DNA from: Planctomycetota bacterium
Lineage (GTDB): Bacteria > Planctomycetota > UBA11346
NCBI GenBank assembly: GCA_038213805.1
Contig: JBBQSO010000086.1
Location: 1-21,676 of the forward strand
DNA length: 21,676 nt
Reading direction: 5' to 3'
Shown here: positions 17,095 to 21,676 of the stretch, piece by piece
Layout of the letters: every line of letters starts with the position of its first letter
How positions within the stretch are numbered: the stretch's first letter is position 1
Notes under the pieces: model-generated
The model's input: only the letters and a program-made list of their open reading frames with translations
What the model was told of the DNA's origin: nothing
Databases searched by the model: none
Translations under genes and position numbers: made by a program

Positions 17095-17310
17095 GGGGTG
17101 TTCCGGGATGACCACCCAGGGTGCGTGCGCGGCGCATGGGGCAAGCCGTGGAAGATCGGTCCGCCTACGACGTCCCAGACAGGAGCATGTGAGCATGGCG
17201 GCGGTCATTCGGCTCCTGGCCTTGCCCCGCCCTCTTCCGACACTGGTCGACCTCAGCCTAGTGTATAGGAATCAATCTTCCCAACCGCCTGCCCCGCCCA
17301 GGGATCGCCG

Positions 17311-19098
17311 ATGCCACCCGTGCGCCTGATCCTCCTCCTCATTCCCCTGCTGCAGGCCTGCGCCGCGCCGCTCACCGCCGCCGAGCCGCGCGCGGATGGC
17401 GTGGAATTCGCCGACACCGTGCGCACCTTCGATGTCGAGGAATCCACCGTCTCGCGCTTCTACAACCTGCCCTGGGCCGACGCCTGCAACGCGCGGCGGG
17501 CGCAGATGTACGCGGCCTGGCAGGCGACGTTGGCAGCGGCAGACTTCGACGCGCTGGGTGTGGCGGGCCGCGTCGACTGGCTGCTGCTGCGCACCCAAGT
17601 GACCTACGAGCTCGCCAAAATCGCGGAGGATCGCGCGCGGCTGGCGCAGCTCGCCGACCTGCTGCCGTTCCGCACGCCCGTGGCGGACCTGCTGATGTCG
17701 CGCTGGCGCCATGCACAGGTCGACCAGGCGGCGGCCGCGGCGACGCTCGCGGCCATCCCCGACCAGGTCCGCCGCATCCGCGCGCGGTTGGAACTGGGAC
17801 GCAAGGTCGCCGACAAGGATCAGGTCGCAGAGCATCCCGCGGTTGACGGCGTCAAGATGGAGGAGGTCGCGCCGCTGCCGATCACGCCGCTGCTCGCGCT
17901 GCGCGCGACCCAGACCATCGCGGCGATGCGCGACGCGACCAAGGCCTGGTACGAGGCCTATGATGGGGCCCAGCCGGGCTTTTCCTGGTGGATGAAGTCT
18001 CCGTACGAGCAGTCCGAGAAGGCGCTCGACGAGTTTGTGAAGTACCTGCGCGAGGACTGCGCCGGGTTGAAGGGCAAGGACGAGGACCCGCTGCTCGGCG
18101 AGGCGCTCGGCGCCGCCGGCTTGGCGCGCGATCTCGCCAAGGAGTTCCTGCCGTACGCCCCGGATGAGCTGCTGGCGATTGGTGAACGCGAGTTCGCCTG
18201 GTGCGAGGCACGCATGCGCGAGGCGGCCAAGGCAATGGGCTGTGGCGACGATTGGCATGCGGCGCTGAACCGGGTGAAGGCGGATTTCGCTCCGCCCGGT
18301 GAGCAGGACGCGTACATCGCCAGCCAGGCCGCCGAGGCCATCGCCTTCGTCACGAAGCGCGACCTGGTCACCGTGCCACCGCTGTGCGAGGAGACCTGGC
18401 GCATCAAGCTGATCTCCAGCGACGCCCAGCGGCTGACGCCATACGTGGCCTACGACGGCATGAACGTGCTGGCGGCCTACGCGCGCGAGGACATGAGCAA
18501 CGCCGACAAGCTGATGAGCATGCGCGGCAACAACCGCCATTTCACGCGCCTCACCACCGCGCATGAGCTGATCCCTGGCCATCACCTGCAGAGCTGGTAC
18601 GCGCAGCGCTTCCGCGCCTACCGCGGCGAATTCACCACGCCGTTCCTGGTCGAGGGCTGGGCGCTGTACTGGGAGATGGCGCTGTGGGACCAGGGCTACG
18701 CACGCTCGCCCGAGGACCAGGTCGGCATGCTGTTCTGGCGCATGCACCGCGCAGCGCGCATCATCGTCACGCTCAAGTTCCACCTTGGGCAGATGACCCC
18801 GACGCAGATGGTCGACTTCCTGATCGGGCGCGTCGGCCACGAGCGCTTCGGCGCGACCAGCGAGGTGCGCCGTTTCATCAGCGGTGACTATGCGCCGCTC
18901 TACCAGTGCGGTTACATGATCGGCGGCCTGCAGCTGCGCGCCCTGGCCAAGGAGCTGACCGCGACGGGCATGACCACCAAGCAGGTCAACGACGCCGTGC
19001 TGCATTGCGGGACGATCCCGGTCGAGCTGATCCGCGCCAGCCTGCGCGGAGTGCCGCTGGGGCGGGAGTCACGGGCGGCGTGGCGCTTCGATGGTTGA
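17311..19098 (+). CDS. DUF885 family protein (putative secreted Zn metallopeptidase), 595 aa
   Basis: AHELIPGHHLQ, FLVEGWALYWE, RAARIIV, EVRRF and YMIGGLQL are DUF885 hallmarks. N-terminal signal, possibly a lipobox (LQAC). Confidence 0.9.
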   Translation: MPPVRLILLLIPLLQACAAPLTAAEPRADGVEFADTVRTFDVEESTVSRFYNLPWADACNARRAQMYAAWQATLAAADFDALGVAGRVDWLLLRTQVTYELAKIAEDRARLAQLADLLPFRTPVADLLMSRWRHAQVDQAAAAATLAAIPDQVRRIRARLELGRKVADKDQVAEHPAVDGVKMEEVAPLPITPLLALRATQTIAAMRDATKAWYEAYDGAQPGFSWWMKSPYEQSEKALDEFVKYLREDCAGLKGKDEDPLLGEALGAAGLARDLAKEFLPYAPDELLAIGEREFAWCEARMREAAKAMGCGDDWHAALNRVKADFAPPGEQDAYIASQAAEAIAFVTKRDLVTVPPLCEETWRIKLISSDAQRLTPYVAYDGMNVLAAYAREDMSNADKLMSMRGNNRHFTRLTTAHELIPGHHLQSWYAQRFRAYRGEFTTPFLVEGWALYWEMALWDQGYARSPEDQVGMLFWRMHRAARIIVTLKFHLGQMTPTQMVDFLIGRVGHERFGATSEVRRFISGDYAPLYQCGYMIGGLQLRALAKELTATGMTTKQVNDAVLHCGTIPVELIRASLRGVPLGRESRAAWRFDG

Positions 19099-19224
19099 GC
19101 GGGCGCTGCTGCGTCGGCGCGCCGCTGCACCTCATCAACGGCGGCACGCTCGTGCGCGTACGATGAACATGCCCCGCGCGCCCGCTTTCGGCGTCGGTCG
19201 ATCCCCCACTCCAGAGATGAACCC

Positions 19225-20079
19225 ATGAACGCACGCCTGCACGGTCTCCTCGCGGTGGCGATCTTGATCTGTGCCGCTTGGCCGCGCTGCGGCGCGGTCG
19301 AGACCACGGTCGCCGCCGATGTCGCCTACAAGACTGGCCCGGCCCTGAGCGAGTACGAACGGACGCGCTGCGCGCTCGACGTCTACGCGCCGGCCGGGGC
19401 GAAGGACCTGCCCTGCGTGGTGTGGTTCCACGGCGGCGCGCTGACCGAGGGGGACAAGCACAGCGTGCGGGCCGGCGCCCGGGCGCTCGCGCAGGACGGC
19501 GTGATCGTGGCCGCGGTCAACTACCGCCTCAGCCCGCGCGCCCCGTATCCCGCCTATGTCGAAGATGCGGCCGCGGCCGTCGCGTGGGTGCGCCAGCACG
19601 CCACCACCTATGGCGGCGATCCGCGGCGGGTCTTTGTCGCTGGGCACTCCGCCGGCGGCTACCTCGCGGCGATGGTCTGCGCGGACCCGCGCTGGCTGAA
19701 GCCCCATGACCTGATGCCGCACGACCTCGCCGGGGTCATTCCGCTCAGCGGACAAATGGCCACGCACAACACCATCCGCGGCGAGCGCGGCCTGACCCCC
19801 ACCACCATCCTCATCGACGACGCCGCGCCGCTGGGCCACGCCGGCAAGGACTCGCCGCCGTGGTTGGTGCTGTACGCCGAGCATGACATGACCCTGCGCG
19901 GTGACGAGAACCGCTACTTCGCCGCGGCCCTGACCGCCGCTGGCCACACCCAGGTCGAGATCCACGAGATGGCCGGGTATGATCACGGCGGCATTGGTGG
20001 CCGGCTCGGAGAGCCGGACGATGCGGTGCGCGCGAAACTGGTGGGGTTCATCGCGCGAGCTGCGCTGGCCGGTCGCTGA
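19225..20079 (+). CDS. Secreted alpha/beta hydrolase (HSL/BD-FAE-like esterase), 284 aa
   Basis: LDVYAP, VVWFHGGAL oxyanion motif, VNYRLSP, nucleophile elbow GHSAGG, AEHD and GYDH catalytic Asp/His candidates; signal peptide. Confidence 0.92.
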   Translation: MNARLHGLLAVAILICAAWPRCGAVETTVAADVAYKTGPALSEYERTRCALDVYAPAGAKDLPCVVWFHGGALTEGDKHSVRAGARALAQDGVIVAAVNYRLSPRAPYPAYVEDAAAAVAWVRQHATTYGGDPRRVFVAGHSAGGYLAAMVCADPRWLKPHDLMPHDLAGVIPLSGQMATHNTIRGERGLTPTTILIDDAAPLGHAGKDSPPWLVLYAEHDMTLRGDENRYFAAALTAAGHTQVEIHEMAGYDHGGIGGRLGEPDDAVRAKLVGFIARAALAGR

Positions 20080-20082
20080 GCG

Positions 20083-20502
20083 TCAGCGCATGCGGGAGCG
20101 GAAGGTCTCGAACAGCTGCCAGCAGCTGCCGGCCGGAATAGCCGGGCCCGGGCCGGTGAAGGAGTGGTTGAGAAATGCGTCGTAACCCGGGGTGCTGAGT
20201 ACCTGTGGATCATCGAGGTCGCGGAACGCCATGGACCAGGTCGGGAAACGCGTCTCGGCCTGTTCTCCTTGCAGCAGGATCATGCAGCCGCGGTGCCGCC
20301 GATCGGTGGCTATCCGCTCGTAGAGAGTCGTCACGACCTCCCGTCCGCCTTCCAGGCACTGCATGAAGTTGCCGCCTTTGTAGAGCAGAATGCCGGTGAT
20401 GCCGAGCGCCGTGTTGGTGGCGCGGGCGCGTTCGAGCAGGTCGAGAAGGTCCTGGTTTGAGAAGGGAATCGTGGCGGAGCTGACATAGATGAGGTGGTGC
20501 AT
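20083..20502 (-). CDS. Stand-alone BLUF blue-light sensor, 139 aa
   Basis: Start ATG 20502. LIYVSSA (Tyr), NTALGITGILL, FMQCLEG (Gln), IATDRRH and FPTWSM (Trp/Met): the BLUF signature residues are present. Confidence 0.93.
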   Translation of the reverse strand: MHHLIYVSSATIPFSNQDLLDLLERARATNTALGITGILLYKGGNFMQCLEGGREVVTTLYERIATDRRHRGCMILLQGEQAETRFPTWSMAFRDLDDPQVLSTPGYDAFLNHSFTGPGPAIPAGSCWQLFETFRSRMR

Positions 20503-20582
20503 AGGTGGGCGCTGCGGAGTGGGGCGGAGTGATGCGGCGCAGGGAGTCTGCAACACGGCGGGTTCGCCGTCAAACCTCCGTC

Positions 20583-21676
20583 TCAGGGTTTCAGCGCGCC
20601 CCTGCCCGCCTGTGGCGCCACGAACGCCGGTATCACATAGCTGTACGCCGCATACCGGATCTCACTCCACGCCAGCTCGCCCTCCGCACGTCCCGGCACC
20701 AAGGGATGGTGCACCGGCACGCACATCACGCGCATTCGGATCGCCGAACGACCGTGTGTCAGGTCGCGCGGCAGCAGGAATTCGTCGTCGCGGAAGCGAC
20801 GGTTGGAGGTGCGGACGTCGTGCTCGCTGGCGCCGAGCTCGCCCTTGGGATCGGAGGACACCCAGGAGTTCGAGCCCGCCAGGTACCAGGTGCCAGCCGC
20901 CTGCCACGTGGCGCTGCCGCCCGTGGCGGCGCCGTCCGCGACCCACACCTCGGCGCGCTGATCGGGCAGCGCGTAGTCCAGGGTGCGGCGCAGTAGCACG
21001 CCGACGTTCGCGGGGTCGATGGCGAGGGTGAACTCCGAGGTGCCGGCGGTCTTCCGTGCCGTCATGGTCTCGGGCGCCTGGACCTGCTTGCCGAGCACGG
21101 TGTCGACGCCGATCTCGTACAGCGAGGTGATCTGGTAGGGGGGCGAAGCGGCGGGCGAGGCGTAGCGGTGCGCGGTCTCGTTCGCCGCGTCGCCGATCTC
21201 CAGTGCGTCGGTCTTCACCAGCGACGCCGCCGGCAAACCGTACCAGTACGCAACGGTGCGGTAGTGTTCGGTCGACTCGTCGGTACCGCCGTGCTCCATC
21301 TGGATGAGCGCATTGCTGCCGAAGGGCATGAGGTCGCCGAGCAGGAAGCGGTAGCCCGACTCGATCATGTCTTCGGGTCCCTGCGCGTCCTTGCGGTTGC
21401 GCGCGCCGACCGGGTGCCCGGCGAAGGGCAGCGTCATGGTCACGCCGCCCCAGTAGTCGCCGCCGCCGCCCCACTCCTCGCTGCCGGTGCCCTGCACCTG
21501 CGGGCTGCGGCTGTCGTCGAAGAAGAAGCGCGGATCGCCCTCAAGCGTGCCCAGATCGGCGCGGTCCGAAAAGACGAACGTGGTCCCGACCAGGCTGCCC
21601 GACCACACCGCGCTGCCCTCTTCACCGCGGGAATCGAGCAGCACCAGGTCCTTACCCGGCGTGGGCGTGCCCTGGT
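20583..21676 (-). CDS. DUF2961 / GH172-like protein, C-terminal part (5' end beyond the window)
   Basis: LEGDPRFFFD...QGTGSEEW matches the DUF2961 EGD...GTGxEDY motifs; also YRFLLGDLMPF, MEHGG and VAYWY. The frame stays open to the window edge (QGTPTPGKDLVLLD). Confidence 0.8.
   Translation of the reverse strand, partial: QGTPTPGKDLVLLDSRGEEGSAVWSGSLVGTTFVFSDRADLGTLEGDPRFFFDDSRSPQVQGTGSEEWGGGGDYWGGVTMTLPFAGHPVGARNRKDAQGPEDMIESGYRFLLGDLMPFGSNALIQMEHGGTDESTEHYRTVAYWYGLPAASLVKTDALEIGDAANETAHRYASPAASPPYQITSLYEIGVDTVLGKQVQAPETMTARKTAGTSEFTLAIDPANVGVLLRRTLDYALPDQRAEVWVADGAATGGSATWQAAGTWYLAGSNSWVSSDPKGELGASEHDVRTSNRRFRDDEFLLPRDLTHGRSAIRMRVMCVPVHHPLVPGRAEGELAWSEIRYAAYSYVIPAFVAPQAGRGALKP

Noticed and set aside
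17272..19986. Antisense ORFs 17272-19005 and 19135-19986
   Set aside because: Shadows of the DUF885 and esterase genes, which carry clear family motifs.

Overview
High-GC bacterial window; the gene families suggest Planctomycetota or a related PVC lineage (inference). Left: an AraR-type GntR/LacI regulator transcribed divergently from three secreted genes (two paralogous 1.2-1.3 kaa proteins with FlgD-Ig, beta-propeller and CBM9-like domains, plus a 607-aa propeller-like protein). Two near-perfect palindromic operators lie between them. Middle: a convergent cassette of three unusually large type IV minor-pilin-like genes in PilV-PilW-PilX order, then a 650-bp lower-GC intergenic stretch that folds by eye into a continuous chain of stems and junctions (candidate large ncRNA). 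Right: a Cip1-like jelly-roll protein, a DUF885 putative metallopeptidase, a secreted alpha/beta hydrolase, a stand-alone BLUF photoreceptor and a window-truncated DUF2961/GH172-like gene. I saw no rRNA, tRNA, CRISPR array or mobile element. All family calls come from motif recognition by eye, with no searches run.
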